This document shows positions 28,765 through 39,180 of a stretch of 64,000 nucleotides of DNA, in pieces (positions within the stretch are counted from its first letter, which is position 1; each line of letters opens with the position of its first letter). The notes under the pieces were generated by a model. The model was not told the origin of the DNA, did not search any database, and saw only the letters and a program-made list of their open reading frames with translations. Where the stretch lies: the NCBI GenBank assembly GCA_012798115.1, contig JAAZNV010000007.1:25586-89585 (forward strand). The letters are read 5' to 3'. The DNA is from a candidate division WWE3 bacterium. GTDB taxonomy: Bacteria; Patescibacteriota; WWE3; UBA101185; UBA10185. A program made the position numbers and the translations under genes.

Positions 28765-29085
28765 TTAATTCTTTTTAAGAAGAATGTATTCGTTCTTCTT
28801 TAATCCTTCTTTTAATACTTGAGACACAGTAAAGATTCCACAGCTTTCATAAAAACCTTTAAGCTTCTTAGACTTCTTTTTTAAGATGACTTCTTGATTG
28901 ACTTCCAGTCTTGAAGTCATAAATACTTGAACTTTTTTCTTACTAAAAAATGATGCACAACCTGACCATATTGTGTGTCCATTCAAATCTTCAATTTTTG
29001 CTTCTATTTTCACAGAAGGAGTGTTTGGCATATCTGATCTATATGGTTGTTCGCTCTTTTTGAATCTTCGTGCTCTGTTACTCAT
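28765..29085 (-). CDS. small hypothetical protein (weak PilZ-like pattern)
   Basis: 106 aa; RARRF...DLNGHTIWSGCASFF loosely resembles RxxxR / DxSxxG PilZ motifs. Confidence 0.3.
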   Translation of the reverse strand: MSNRARRFKKSEQPYRSDMPNTPSVKIEAKIEDLNGHTIWSGCASFFSKKKVQVFMTSRLEVNQEVILKKKSKKLKGFYESCGIFTVSQVLKEGLKKNEYILLKKN

Positions 29086-29191
29086 TTATTCTCTCCTTTA
29101 ATAAGTAATTTGTCATAGCATTGTACTATAAGGTGGTGCATTAATCAAGTTGTTAGTAAAGCATAATGTGTCAGTTTGATATAATAAGTTA

Positions 29192-31921
29192 ATGTCAAAA
29201 TTTTCTAATCAAGGATATACTTCCTTTCAAAGGTTAAAGAAAGATAGGTCTGTATTTGGAGTAGCAAAGAAAATTTTTCTTTTTATCAAGTCTGTAATAG
29301 TTAAAATAGCGTCAAAAATAGTGTCTATTCTGCCTGAGCCTAAAACAATGTCCCCTATTCAAAGGAAAAAGAGGTTGTATAGGTTAACATACGCCTCCTC
29401 AGTTGTTTTAACTGTCATAGTTGCTGGTTTGCTTATGTTAATAGTTGTCTTTGCGATCTTCTCTAGAGACCTTCCTAACCCAAACCAGCTTCTTGAAAGA
29501 AGTTTTGAGTTATCAACAAGATTTTATGATAAAAATGGAGAGCTTTTATATGAAGTGTATGGTGATAAAAACAGAACATTAGTAAAGCTTGAAAATGTGT
29601 CCTCTTATGTTGTCCAAGCTACATTATCTGCAGAAGATTCTGAGTTTTATCTTCATAAAGGTTACTCAATAAGAGGAATAATGAGAGCATTAAAAAACAC
29701 ATTCTTTGGAGGTAGCCTTCAAGGAGGTTCTACTTTAACTCAACAAGCAATTAAAAATACTCTTTTAACTCAAGAAAGAACAGTAGTTAGAAAGATAAAA
29801 GAATTAATTTTATCTCTTCAACTAGAAGGAAGATACACTAAAGATGAAATACTTCAAATGTATCTAAATGAAAGCCCTTATGGAGGTTTAAATTATGGAA
29901 TTTATTCTGCTTCCAAAGCTTACTTTAACAAAGAACCAAAAGATTTAACTATGGCTGAATCAGCTTATCTTGCTGGTCTTACTCAAAGTCCTACTTATTA
30001 CTCTCAGTTTGGATCAAGTCCAGAAGCTGGGATAGAAAGAAAAAACTATGTTTTATACTTGATGAAAGAAAGAGGATGGGTTGAAAAAGATGGAAAAAGA
30101 CATTACATAACAGAAGAACAATATGAACAAGCTAAAAGTGAAAACTTAAAGTTTGATACTGCAAGAGTTCCAATTGAAGCTCCTCATTTTGTTTATTATG
30201 TTAGGCAGTATCTTACTAATATTTTAGGTCAAGAAGCAGTTGAAATGGGAGGTTTGAAAGTGAAAACAACTCTTGATTTAAACGTGCAAAGATTAGCTCA
30301 AGAAATTGTTACTGATGAGCTTGATGCATCAGAAAATTTAAATGTTTATAACGGGGGGATGATTGTCCTTGATCCAAAAACCGGAGGAATACTAGCCATG
30401 GTTGGGTCAAAAGGCTACAATCTTGATCCTGAACCAGAAAACTGTATTTCTGGGGGAACTGGAGAAAATAGTTGTAAGTTTGATCCTTACGTTAATGTTA
30501 CTCTTGTTAGTAGACAACCAGGATCTGCAATAAAGCCTATAACTTATGCTACTATGCTTTCTCAAGGTTACACTGCTGCTTATCCGCTTCTTGATGTTCC
30601 AACAAAGTTTGAAGGATCTGCTCCTGATGAGCCTTATGTTCCAGAAAACTATGATGGGAAGTTCAGAGGAATTGTTTCCTTAAGAAAGGCATTAGGAAAT
30701 TCTTTAAACATTCCAGCTGTTAAGGCATTAAAGATAGTAGGAATTGGAAATATGATAGATCAAGCAGAAAAGATGGGAATAACTACATTTAAAGATAGAT
30801 CAAGATATGGTCTTGCATTAACTTTAGGAGGGGGGGAGACGAAACTTTTAGAGTTAACAGGAGCGTTTAGTGTATTTGCTGCAGAAGGAATTTATAGGGA
30901 ACCTACTCCTATCATTGAGGTTACCGATCAACAAGGAAATGTTGTTTATAAACCATCGCAAGTGGAAAAGAGAGCCTTAAGTGAAGAAGTTGCATTTTTA
31001 ATATCAGATATTTTATCTGATGATGGTGCAAGGTCCGATGTGTTTGGGGCAGGAAGCCTTTTAAATATTCCTGGAAAGCAGGTGGCAGTAAAAACAGGAA
31101 CCACGGATGATAAAAGGGATAACTATGCAATAGGTTATACCCCATCTGTTGTTGCTGGAGTGTGGGTTGGAAATAGCAATAACGAAAAGATGAATCCATA
31201 TATTGCATCCGGTATCTCTGGAGCATCTCCAATTTGGAATAAATTCATGACAGAGTATTTAAAAGACAAGAAAAATGAAAAATTTGAAACTCCAAAAACC
31301 GTTAAGAAAATAGAAGTGGATAAAATCACTGGTGGTCTTCCCTATAAAGACAATGAAAAAAGGTCTGAGTGGTTTGCAGAAAATACAGAACCAACTGCAG
31401 TGTCTGATTGGTACCAAAGGATTCAAATATGCAAAATTGATGGAAGGATAGCTAATGAAGGTTGTAAAGATGCAGATAAGACAGAAACAAAAGATTTTAT
31501 TAGAGTTAAAGCAGAGTATCCTTATTGGCAGAGTGCTGTGGATTCTTGGATTAAAGATAATTACAACAATGATAAAAAGTACTTTCCTCCTCTTATGACA
31601 TCCAAACTTGAATTTGATGGAGATGAAGTTAAAAATAAAAGTGATGTAAATGTAGAAATTGTTGGTGTTGATGATGAGGATTCTGTTTATCTTAACTTTA
31701 GGTTAAACGCTGAAGTTTCTTGTTATTATGACGTAGAAAAAGTTACTTTTTATATGGACGGAGAAAAGATTGGAGAAGATAGTAAATCTCCATATGGCTA
31801 TAACCTTGAGCTTAAATCAAGCGATATTGGGACTCATACATTTAAAGTTACTGCTAGAGATGAAAAGGATAATAAAGGAGAATATGAAGTAAAGCTGAAT
31901 GTTGTTGGTTATGCTAATTAA
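29192..31921 (+). CDS. class A penicillin-binding protein (transglycosylase/transpeptidase) with C-terminal beta-sandwich extension
   Basis: GT51 motifs EDSEFYLHKG, GGSTLTQQ, RKIKE; transpeptidase SAIKP, SLN, KTGT; true start may be internal Met near 29348. Confidence 0.85.
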   Translation: MSKFSNQGYTSFQRLKKDRSVFGVAKKIFLFIKSVIVKIASKIVSILPEPKTMSPIQRKKRLYRLTYASSVVLTVIVAGLLMLIVVFAIFSRDLPNPNQLLERSFELSTRFYDKNGELLYEVYGDKNRTLVKLENVSSYVVQATLSAEDSEFYLHKGYSIRGIMRALKNTFFGGSLQGGSTLTQQAIKNTLLTQERTVVRKIKELILSLQLEGRYTKDEILQMYLNESPYGGLNYGIYSASKAYFNKEPKDLTMAESAYLAGLTQSPTYYSQFGSSPEAGIERKNYVLYLMKERGWVEKDGKRHYITEEQYEQAKSENLKFDTARVPIEAPHFVYYVRQYLTNILGQEAVEMGGLKVKTTLDLNVQRLAQEIVTDELDASENLNVYNGGMIVLDPKTGGILAMVGSKGYNLDPEPENCISGGTGENSCKFDPYVNVTLVSRQPGSAIKPITYATMLSQGYTAAYPLLDVPTKFEGSAPDEPYVPENYDGKFRGIVSLRKALGNSLNIPAVKALKIVGIGNMIDQAEKMGITTFKDRSRYGLALTLGGGETKLLELTGAFSVFAAEGIYREPTPIIEVTDQQGNVVYKPSQVEKRALSEEVAFLISDILSDDGARSDVFGAGSLLNIPGKQVAVKTGTTDDKRDNYAIGYTPSVVAGVWVGNSNNEKMNPYIASGISGASPIWNKFMTEYLKDKKNEKFETPKTVKKIEVDKITGGLPYKDNEKRSEWFAENTEPTAVSDWYQRIQICKIDGRIANEGCKDADKTETKDFIRVKAEYPYWQSAVDSWIKDNYNNDKKYFPPLMTSKLEFDGDEVKNKSDVNVEIVGVDDEDSVYLNFRLNAEVSCYYDVEKVTFYMDGEKIGEDSKSPYGYNLELKSSDIGTHTFKVTARDEKDNKGEYEVKLNVVGYAN

Positions 31922-31971
31922 AGCTTTTTCTTGGCACTTTTTCCTATAACTGATATATTTGTATATAGTCT

Positions 31972-33009
31972 ATGAACGATTCCCTAAATTTAGAAAATAT
32001 TAAGAAAGAACTAGAAGAAAAGCTTAGAAAAGTTTCAAGTGAACAAGATTTGCTTAATATTCAAATTGAATACTTTGGCAAGAAAGGAATATTAAGACAA
32101 CTATTCTCAAAAGTGTTGGAAGTTCCTGTTGAACAAAGAAAAGATCTTGGTGAAAAGATAAATAATTTAAAAAAAGAAGCAGAAAGAGTAACCTCTGAAA
32201 GAAGAGCTAAGATAACGGGTGTAGAAGCAGTTGAAAATACAGATTTATATGACTCTTTACCTGGCAGAAAACCTGAAATTGGACACATACATATTATTTC
32301 TCAAGCAATAAATGAAATTGTTGATATATTTAAGCCTCTTGGTTTTACAAGAGTAAGGTATCCAGAGGTTGAATGGGAATACTATGCCTTTGAAGCTTTA
32401 AATATGCCACTTACTCATCCTGCAAGAGATGAGTGGGAAACATTCTTTATTAATGCTGCTCCTGATAAAAAATATGGAAGAATGGTAGTTACTCCTCATA
32501 CTTCAAGTGGGCAAGTAAGAGAGATGTTGAAAGGAAATCTTCCAATAAGAATGTTAAATATTTCAAGATGCGGAAGAAGGCAAATTGATATCAGTCATGT
32601 TCCAAGCTTTTATCAATTTGAAGGTCTTGTTGTTGATAAGGAAATAAGCACAACTCATTTAAAAGGAGTTCTTGATTACTTTGCTTCTAACTTCTTTGGA
32701 GAAGATAGAAAAACAAGACTTAGGCCATATCACTTTAGATTTACAGAACCAAGTTTTGAGGTAGATATAGATTGTGGAATATGTCATGGAAAAGGTTGTA
32801 AACTTTGCAAGGAAGGGTGGCTTGAACTTGGTGGTGCAGGTATGGTTCATCCAAATGTGCTTAAAGCTGGAGGAATTGATTCTAAAGAATATACAGGTTT
32901 TGCATTTGGGTGGGGCGTGGAGAGAACGTATATGATGAAATCAGGGACAAAGATTGACGACATTAGGTACTTGTTTGGAAATGATTTGAGATTTCTGGAG
33001 CAATTTTAA
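31972..33009 (+). CDS. pheS: phenylalanyl-tRNA synthetase alpha subunit
   Basis: class II motifs; HPARD, FRFTEPSFEVD, GAGMVHPNVL. Confidence 0.9.
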   Translation: MNDSLNLENIKKELEEKLRKVSSEQDLLNIQIEYFGKKGILRQLFSKVLEVPVEQRKDLGEKINNLKKEAERVTSERRAKITGVEAVENTDLYDSLPGRKPEIGHIHIISQAINEIVDIFKPLGFTRVRYPEVEWEYYAFEALNMPLTHPARDEWETFFINAAPDKKYGRMVVTPHTSSGQVREMLKGNLPIRMLNISRCGRRQIDISHVPSFYQFEGLVVDKEISTTHLKGVLDYFASNFFGEDRKTRLRPYHFRFTEPSFEVDIDCGICHGKGCKLCKEGWLELGGAGMVHPNVLKAGGIDSKEYTGFAFGWGVERTYMMKSGTKIDDIRYLFGNDLRFLEQF

Positions 33010-33010
33010 T

Positions 33011-34876
33011 ATGAATGTATTAATACCCTACTCTTGGATAAAAGATTATATTAAAACAAATGCTAAAGCAGAAAATGTTGCAAAAGCACTGTCTTTACAT
33101 GCTTTTAGCGTTGAAAAGATAAATAAAATAAAAGGAGATGATGTGTTTGAAGTGGAAGTTACTCCAAACCGTGGGGATGCACTGTCTGTTTTAGGAGTAG
33201 CTAGAGAATTAAAGGCTGTTCTTCCAAGAAGTGGCTTTAAGTGTGAATGGATGCAAAAGGATGTTAAAATTCCTCAGTTTGAGGATAAAGATAAGCTTGA
33301 TGTTATTATTAAGGATAAAAGTCTTGTTCCTAGGTTTTGTGCTGTTGTTCTTGAAAATGTTAAAGTTGGCAAATCCCCTAAAGTTATTGAAGAAAGATTA
33401 GAAAAAGTAGGAATTAGAGCACTTGGAAATGTTATTGATGTTACAAACTATATGATGATGGACAAAGGGCAACCAATGCATGCTTTTGATTATGATAAGA
33501 TTCTAGGGCATAAAATGATTGTTAGAGAATCTAAACATGATGAAGTGATAACAACATTAGATGGTGTAGAAAGAAAGCTTCCAAGTGGGGTTATTGTTAT
33601 TGAAGATGGAGAAGGAAGACTTATTGATTTGTGTGGAATCATGGGTGCAAAAAACAGCGAAGTTGATGAAAATACCAATAAGGTGCTTCTTTTTGTTCAA
33701 GTATATGACCCAGTAAGGATAAGAAGAGCATCTATGAGTTTAGGGCATAGAACTGATGCAGCTTTAAGGTTTGAAAAAGGCATTGATTATGAAGGAGTTT
33801 TATCTTCTTTATTTGAAGCTTCTGAGATGATTTGTGGATTATCTGGTTCCAATGTTTCTTCTAACTTAATTGATATTGTTAATGAAGAAAGAAAACTAAA
33901 GAGTGTTGCTGTTGACTATGAGAAGATAAATAGAATAGCAGGAGTGGAGATTAGCAAGGAAGTTGTTAATCAAACTTTAAGTGATTTAGGTTTTGAAAGT
34001 AAGGGTGAGTCTGTGGTTGTTCCATCATGGAGGTATGATGATGTAAGTATCACAGAAGACTTAGCAGAAGAAGTCATTAGACTTTATGGTTATTATAATC
34101 TGCCAGGAAAGCTTTTAACTGGAGAAGTTCCACTTGTTCATAAGGATTTAAGCTTTCATTGGGAAGATGTAGCAAGATTATTCTTAAAACATGATGGATT
34201 TTTTGAGTGTTATTCATACTCTGCTACATCTAAAAAAAATGTGTCTAAAGATGCCTTAGAAATAATAAACCCTTTAAATGAGGATCTTTTATTCTTAAAG
34301 ACTTCTCTTCTTCCCCAGCTCTTGGAAGTTATTGATGGCAATAAGGGGTACTCAGATAAAATCAAGCTATTTGAACTTGCTAGTGTTTATCATTCAAAAG
34401 AGGGAGATCTTCCAAACCAACCTTTAATGCTTGGTTTGGTTACTAAAGGCATAAATAAGGTTGACCTGAAAGGCATAGTGGAAGCTTTATTTGATGAAAT
34501 GGGTGTTAGTAGTTATCCTTCTTTTAATGTTATTAATCATGGTGGAGGAAGGCTTGGAGTGGAAATCAATTTTGAGGAGTTAATTAAATTGTCCTCTAAA
34601 GTTAAGACCTATACCCCACTTACTAGTTTTAATTCAATAAAAGAAGATTTAACATTTGAAGTTCCAGAAGGTATTACTTATCAGCAAGTAGAAAGAATTA
34701 TTTTATGTTCTAGCGAAAGAATTAGTAAGCTTGAATTTAAGGATATATATAAGAATGCACTTACCTTTTCCATTGAATATTTAGATAAAGAAAAGCAAAT
34801 TTCATCGGAAGATACTCAAGAAATTAGAAAAAATATATTTAAAAGCTTAGAGAATATTGGTGTTAGATTAAGATAA
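33011..34876 (+). CDS. pheT: phenylalanyl-tRNA synthetase beta subunit (short form)
   Basis: 621 aa, B3/B4 and B5 domain patterns, immediately downstream of pheS. Confidence 0.8.
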   Translation: MNVLIPYSWIKDYIKTNAKAENVAKALSLHAFSVEKINKIKGDDVFEVEVTPNRGDALSVLGVARELKAVLPRSGFKCEWMQKDVKIPQFEDKDKLDVIIKDKSLVPRFCAVVLENVKVGKSPKVIEERLEKVGIRALGNVIDVTNYMMMDKGQPMHAFDYDKILGHKMIVRESKHDEVITTLDGVERKLPSGVIVIEDGEGRLIDLCGIMGAKNSEVDENTNKVLLFVQVYDPVRIRRASMSLGHRTDAALRFEKGIDYEGVLSSLFEASEMICGLSGSNVSSNLIDIVNEERKLKSVAVDYEKINRIAGVEISKEVVNQTLSDLGFESKGESVVVPSWRYDDVSITEDLAEEVIRLYGYYNLPGKLLTGEVPLVHKDLSFHWEDVARLFLKHDGFFECYSYSATSKKNVSKDALEIINPLNEDLLFLKTSLLPQLLEVIDGNKGYSDKIKLFELASVYHSKEGDLPNQPLMLGLVTKGINKVDLKGIVEALFDEMGVSSYPSFNVINHGGGRLGVEINFEELIKLSSKVKTYTPLTSFNSIKEDLTFEVPEGITYQQVERIILCSSERISKLEFKDIYKNALTFSIEYLDKEKQISSEDTQEIRKNIFKSLENIGVRLR

Positions 34877-34878
34877 TT

Positions 34879-36171
34879 ATGCATAGTTTGAAGGACTTTG
34901 GTGTAACCAAACAAGTAAAGTATCTGGAAAACGGCTCAAAGCTTGTTTTGTTGTATAAGAAAAACACTCCTGTTTCTGCTTTTGTGGTGTTTCTTGCAGG
35001 TTCAAGAAATGATCCAAAAGGAAAAGAAGGTCTTGCTCATTTTGTAGAACATATTGTCTCTAAAAAGACTAAGAAATTTAAAAATGAAACTGAGTCTGGT
35101 TTGTATTTAGAAAAACTTGGAGCATATATTAATGCTTTTACGTGGATAGATATGTTGGGTTTTTGGATTAGTATTGGTTTAAATAAGGATTTTCCTGATG
35201 CAGTTACTTATCTTAAAGAACTAATAAAAGAATCCACGTTTGACGAAAAAGATGTCAACACGGAAAGAGGAGTTATCCTAAGGGAAATAGGAGATTATAA
35301 GGCTGATCCTAGTAGGTTCGTTTATGATATTACTTCAAGTTTGCTGCTTCAAAATACAGATGCTGGTAGATTTGTTGTTGGTACAAAGGAATCTGTTAAC
35401 AATATTAGTATAAAAGACCTCAAGGGCTTCTATAAGAATATGCTAAGACCTGATAAGATGGTTGTTGTCTTATGTGGGGATATAAAGGTTGATGGTGCTG
35501 TTGAAGAGTTTAATAAAAAGTTTTCGTTGAAGTATGAAAAGAAGCCTGAAATTGATTTAAAAGAAGATTTACCGGTTATTAGAAAAAAATTTATTGCGGT
35601 GGAAAAGTACAAGGGCATAGAACAAATTAACTTGGGTTTTGGTTTTAGAACTTGTTCTTTCTCAAATGAAGACACTATTACACTTGATGTTATAAGATCA
35701 ATACTTGCTGATGGTTTTTCATCATCTTTGTTTAAAGAACTAAGAACTAAGTATGGGTTAGTATACTCAGTTTATATGGATAATGCCTTCTTTTCCGATG
35801 CTGGATATAGTGTAGTATTTGCTTCTACCACTAAATCTAATTTGAATAAAGTGCTAGATATCATCACCTTAGAGTTTAGTAGGTTATATAACGGAAATGT
35901 TTCTCTTGAAGAAGTTAAGTTAGCAAAAGATAAGATAATTAAATCAAAATATAGACAAATGCAATCATCTGATTCTTGGGTTAATACTCAATTCATGGAA
36001 GAATTGTTTAACCCTAGAAATCCTTCTGACCTTGCTTCTTGGATGAATAAAGTAAGCAAAGTTACTAAACTTGATGTTGTTGAAGTAAGTAGAAAGTATT
36101 TTGGTAAGGGTAAATGGTATTTAGGTTTGTGTGGTGATATCGAAGAAAAAGATATCAAAGTTAATTATTAA
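34879..36171 (+). CDS. M16 (pitrilysin/insulinase) family zinc peptidase
   Basis: inverted zinc motif HFVEHIV (HxxEH) in GSRNDPKGKEGLAHFVEHIV. Confidence 0.75.
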   Translation: MHSLKDFGVTKQVKYLENGSKLVLLYKKNTPVSAFVVFLAGSRNDPKGKEGLAHFVEHIVSKKTKKFKNETESGLYLEKLGAYINAFTWIDMLGFWISIGLNKDFPDAVTYLKELIKESTFDEKDVNTERGVILREIGDYKADPSRFVYDITSSLLLQNTDAGRFVVGTKESVNNISIKDLKGFYKNMLRPDKMVVVLCGDIKVDGAVEEFNKKFSLKYEKKPEIDLKEDLPVIRKKFIAVEKYKGIEQINLGFGFRTCSFSNEDTITLDVIRSILADGFSSSLFKELRTKYGLVYSVYMDNAFFSDAGYSVVFASTTKSNLNKVLDIITLEFSRLYNGNVSLEEVKLAKDKIIKSKYRQMQSSDSWVNTQFMEELFNPRNPSDLASWMNKVSKVTKLDVVEVSRKYFGKGKWYLGLCGDIEEKDIKVNY

Positions 36172-36172
36172 G

Positions 36173-38017
36173 TTATTCTGTATATCCTTCTGCTTGTAAC
36201 CTAAACCCTTCTGCATACTTTCCATTTAACTTCATTAGCTCTTCGTGAGATCCCTCTTCAACTATTTGTCCTTCGTCTAAGACTACAATCCTATCAGCGT
36301 TTCTAACAGTAGAAAACCTATGTGAAATTATTATTACGGTTTTTCCTTCAAAGAAATCATAGATTTTGCTAAATATATTATATTCAGAGACAGCATCAAT
36401 TGAGGCTGTTGGCTCATCAAATATTACAAGGGGACTGTTTCTATAGAAAAATCTTGCAATAGCAATCTTCTGCCATTGTCCAGTGCTAGGTCTTATACCC
36501 CCTTTATATCTTTCGCTTAATATTTGGTCGAATTTATTTGGAAACTCTTGTATAAATTCCATAGCATCTGCAGTTTGGGCTGCAGTTCTCATAGCAATCT
36601 CATCTATTTCATTATCTGGTCTACCTATGCATATATTTTCTTTCACGCTGAGGTAGTCGTATCTATTAAACTCCTGGAACAATGTTCCGATATTTTGATA
36701 TAAGAAAGCAGAGTTGATGTTGTTAATGTTTACATTGTTGAATAAAAGTTCGCCTTTTGTAACTGGATAAAATCTAGCAATGAGTTTCACTAATGTAGTT
36801 TTCCCCGCACCATTATGCCCTACTATTGCTATCTCTTCGCCTGATTTAATTTTTAAGTTAAGATCCTTTATCACGAACTTGTTAGTATTCGGATACTTAA
36901 AGCTTACGTTTTTGAATTCTATTTCTGGTCCTGCTTGTAACTGTGGTATATTAATTGTTCCTTCTTTGAAAGTTGATTCCATCGTAAATAGAACGTAAGT
37001 ATCTTTTATTTGTAGGGCAAACTCGGATAAGTCATTAAAATCATAAGCCGTTCTTGAGAGTGCTGAATCAAATGTTTGTATCATTCCCATAAAAAAGGAA
37101 ACTTTTCCTATTGTTAATTGTCCTATTAAGAATTTACTAAAGAGTCTTGCATAACCAAATATAATAGCAGCATCCTTTGATATACCTATTATACTCATTA
37201 TAGAATCAGAAGTGTCGTTTATTTTTAAACTAATGTTGTTATACCACTCCCTAAATGTCTTAAACTTCAAATCTAAAAAACTAAATGCACCCGTAGAAAC
37301 TATTTCTTGTAAATCTGGGGGAGACGTTAAGTCAGCAGCAGCATTTCCAGATATTCTCATTTTATCAGTTGTTTCATACCAGAGTTTATAAGATTTTCTT
37401 CTATAAGATCTGTCAATTAAGAGGTGAGGGATGGTAATTAAAATTACAATAATTGCTACTTCGGGAATTATTGACATTAAGATAAATAAAGTACTAATTA
37501 CTTTAACAAAATCTCCAACTAAATCTATACTATCAAAGACATACGGTATAATACTTTCCAAGGAGTCGCTTGCTCTGTGTATTTTGTTGTTTACCTCTGG
37601 TTGTTCGATAGTTTGTATTCCTAAAGACTTTATTTTAGTGTAAAGTTGTCTTCTAATAAAAATTCTACTGTTTACTCTCATATGTCTATGTGATCTGTTT
37701 GATAAAACACCAATAATTGAAGAATATATAAAATATCCAAATAATAACCCAAGATATGGATACAAATCTTTAATTGATGCTCCTTCTTTTTGAACTGTGT
37801 TAATTAATATGTCTAGAGATCTAGCAAAGATTAATGTATAAAAAACATCATTAAATCTTCTGAGTATCGATAACAATAGATAAAGTACAGAGTGAAAAGG
37901 AGAACTTTTGTATAAAAGACCAAATCCCCATTTTGATATCTTTAAGGCTTCAAAGAAACTTACCTTGGTATATTCATTTGATTGATTATTAGAAGAACTG
38001 GCTTCACTTTCTGGCAT
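36173..38017 (-). CDS. ABC transporter, fused permease/ATP-binding exporter
   Basis: 6 N-terminal TM helices; Walker A GHNGAGKTT, signature STGQWQ, Walker B IFDEPT. Confidence 0.85.
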   Translation of the reverse strand: MPESEASSSNNQSNEYTKVSFFEALKISKWGFGLLYKSSPFHSVLYLLLSILRRFNDVFYTLIFARSLDILINTVQKEGASIKDLYPYLGLLFGYFIYSSIIGVLSNRSHRHMRVNSRIFIRRQLYTKIKSLGIQTIEQPEVNNKIHRASDSLESIIPYVFDSIDLVGDFVKVISTLFILMSIIPEVAIIVILITIPHLLIDRSYRRKSYKLWYETTDKMRISGNAAADLTSPPDLQEIVSTGAFSFLDLKFKTFREWYNNISLKINDTSDSIMSIIGISKDAAIIFGYARLFSKFLIGQLTIGKVSFFMGMIQTFDSALSRTAYDFNDLSEFALQIKDTYVLFTMESTFKEGTINIPQLQAGPEIEFKNVSFKYPNTNKFVIKDLNLKIKSGEEIAIVGHNGAGKTTLVKLIARFYPVTKGELLFNNVNINNINSAFLYQNIGTLFQEFNRYDYLSVKENICIGRPDNEIDEIAMRTAAQTADAMEFIQEFPNKFDQILSERYKGGIRPSTGQWQKIAIARFFYRNSPLVIFDEPTASIDAVSEYNIFSKIYDFFEGKTVIIISHRFSTVRNADRIVVLDEGQIVEEGSHEELMKLNGKYAEGFRLQAEGYTE

Positions 38018-38073
38018 AATATATAAATATTACTTCTAAAATTGTGGAAATTAAACAATATCTAAATGGCTAC

Positions 38074-38430
38074 TTAAAGAAATTTCTTAACCTTTTCTAC
38101 CACTTCTTTAAATCCTTTTGGGTCGTTTATAGCCATTTCAGCTAGCATTTTTCTATTGAGATCTATCTTTGCTTTCTTTAATCCTGCCATAAATCTACTG
38201 TACATAATATCATGTTTTGATAACGCAGCATTTATCCTTACTATCCAAAGTTTTTTCATATCTCTTTTCTTGTTCTTCCTGCCTTCAAAAGCATGTTCTC
38301 CAGCTCTAAGAACTGCCTCATGAGCTCTTTTTTGGAGTTTGCTTCTTGTTCCTCTATAACCTTTTGCTAAGTTTAATATCTTTTTATGTCTTCTGCGGGT
38401 TCTAACACCGCTACCTTTTGATCTTGGCAT
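38074..38430 (-). CDS. rplT: 50S ribosomal protein L20
   Basis: MPRSKGSGVRTRRRHKKILNLAKGYRG. Confidence 0.9.
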   Translation of the reverse strand: MPRSKGSGVRTRRRHKKILNLAKGYRGTRSKLQKRAHEAVLRAGEHAFEGRKNKKRDMKKLWIVRINAALSKHDIMYSRFMAGLKKAKIDLNRKMLAEMAINDPKGFKEVVEKVKKFL

Positions 38431-38431
38431 A

Positions 38432-38644
38432 TTAAATTCCTCTAGAATGCTTTGCTAGTAGCTTTCTAAACTTTCTCTGGTGTCCAGAATTAGTTTGTTC
38501 TCTAAGTTTTGATTTTCTAGCCTTTCTATCAACGGTAGTTTTTACTTTTAAGTGTCCCATACCAACAAGTTTTTTCATTAGCTTACCTTTTTTTGTTACT
38601 TTTATTCTTTTTAATAATGTTTTTCTTGTTTTAAGTTTTGGCAT
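38432..38644 (-). CDS. rpmI: 50S ribosomal protein L35
   Basis: MPKLKTRKTLLKRIKVTKKGKLM; start at internal Met of track ORF. Confidence 0.85.
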   Translation of the reverse strand: MPKLKTRKTLLKRIKVTKKGKLMKKLVGMGHLKVKTTVDRKARKSKLREQTNSGHQRKFRKLLAKHSRGI

Positions 38645-38645
38645 C

Positions 38646-39152
38646 TTACTTTCCTGTAAACATAACCCAAACAATGTTTCCCATTTTCTTAGGCTCACTT
38701 TCTAATTTTGCTACATCAGATAATTCTTTTTCAACCTTTTTTATTTGGTTAATAGCAACCTCAGGAAACATTGCTTCTCTACCCTTCATAACTACAGTAA
38801 TTTTAACTTTATTTCCTTCTTGTATAAACCCCCTAGCTCTTGTAACAAATCTATTTATATCCCCTTCTCCTGTAGTTGGCCCCATTCTAAACTCCTTGAT
38901 CTCAGTCTTTCTACTTTTAGCTTTAGCAGCACTTTCCTTTTTTCTTTCTTCGTACAAGAACTTGCTAAATTCTACCATTTTTGCTACTGGAGGATTAGCG
39001 TTTGGTACTACCAAAACCAAATCAAGCTCTTTTTCCCTTGCTAACTTTAAAGCTTCTCCTATCGGCAACACACCTATGTTTTCACCTTTTTCAGAAATAA
39101 CTCTAATTTTATCGTTTTTTATTTGCTCGTTTTTGATGTACCAGTTTGGTAT
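38646..39152 (-). CDS. infC: translation initiation factor IF-3, apparent AUA start codon
   Basis: Frame upstream of track ORF encodes IF3 N-domain (IPNWYIKNEQIKNDKIRVISEKGENIGVLPIGEALKLAREKELDLVLV); only in-frame candidate at RBS distance is ATA 8 nt after GAGGAGG (39161-39167); no in-frame ATG/GTG/TTG. Confidence 0.7.
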   Translation of the reverse strand: MPNWYIKNEQIKNDKIRVISEKGENIGVLPIGEALKLAREKELDLVLVVPNANPPVAKMVEFSKFLYEERKKESAAKAKSRKTEIKEFRMGPTTGEGDINRFVTRARGFIQEGNKVKITVVMKGREAMFPEVAINQIKKVEKELSDVAKLESEPKKMGNIVWVMFTGK

Positions 39153-39180
39153 ACGAAATTCCTCCTCAAACCTTGATAAC

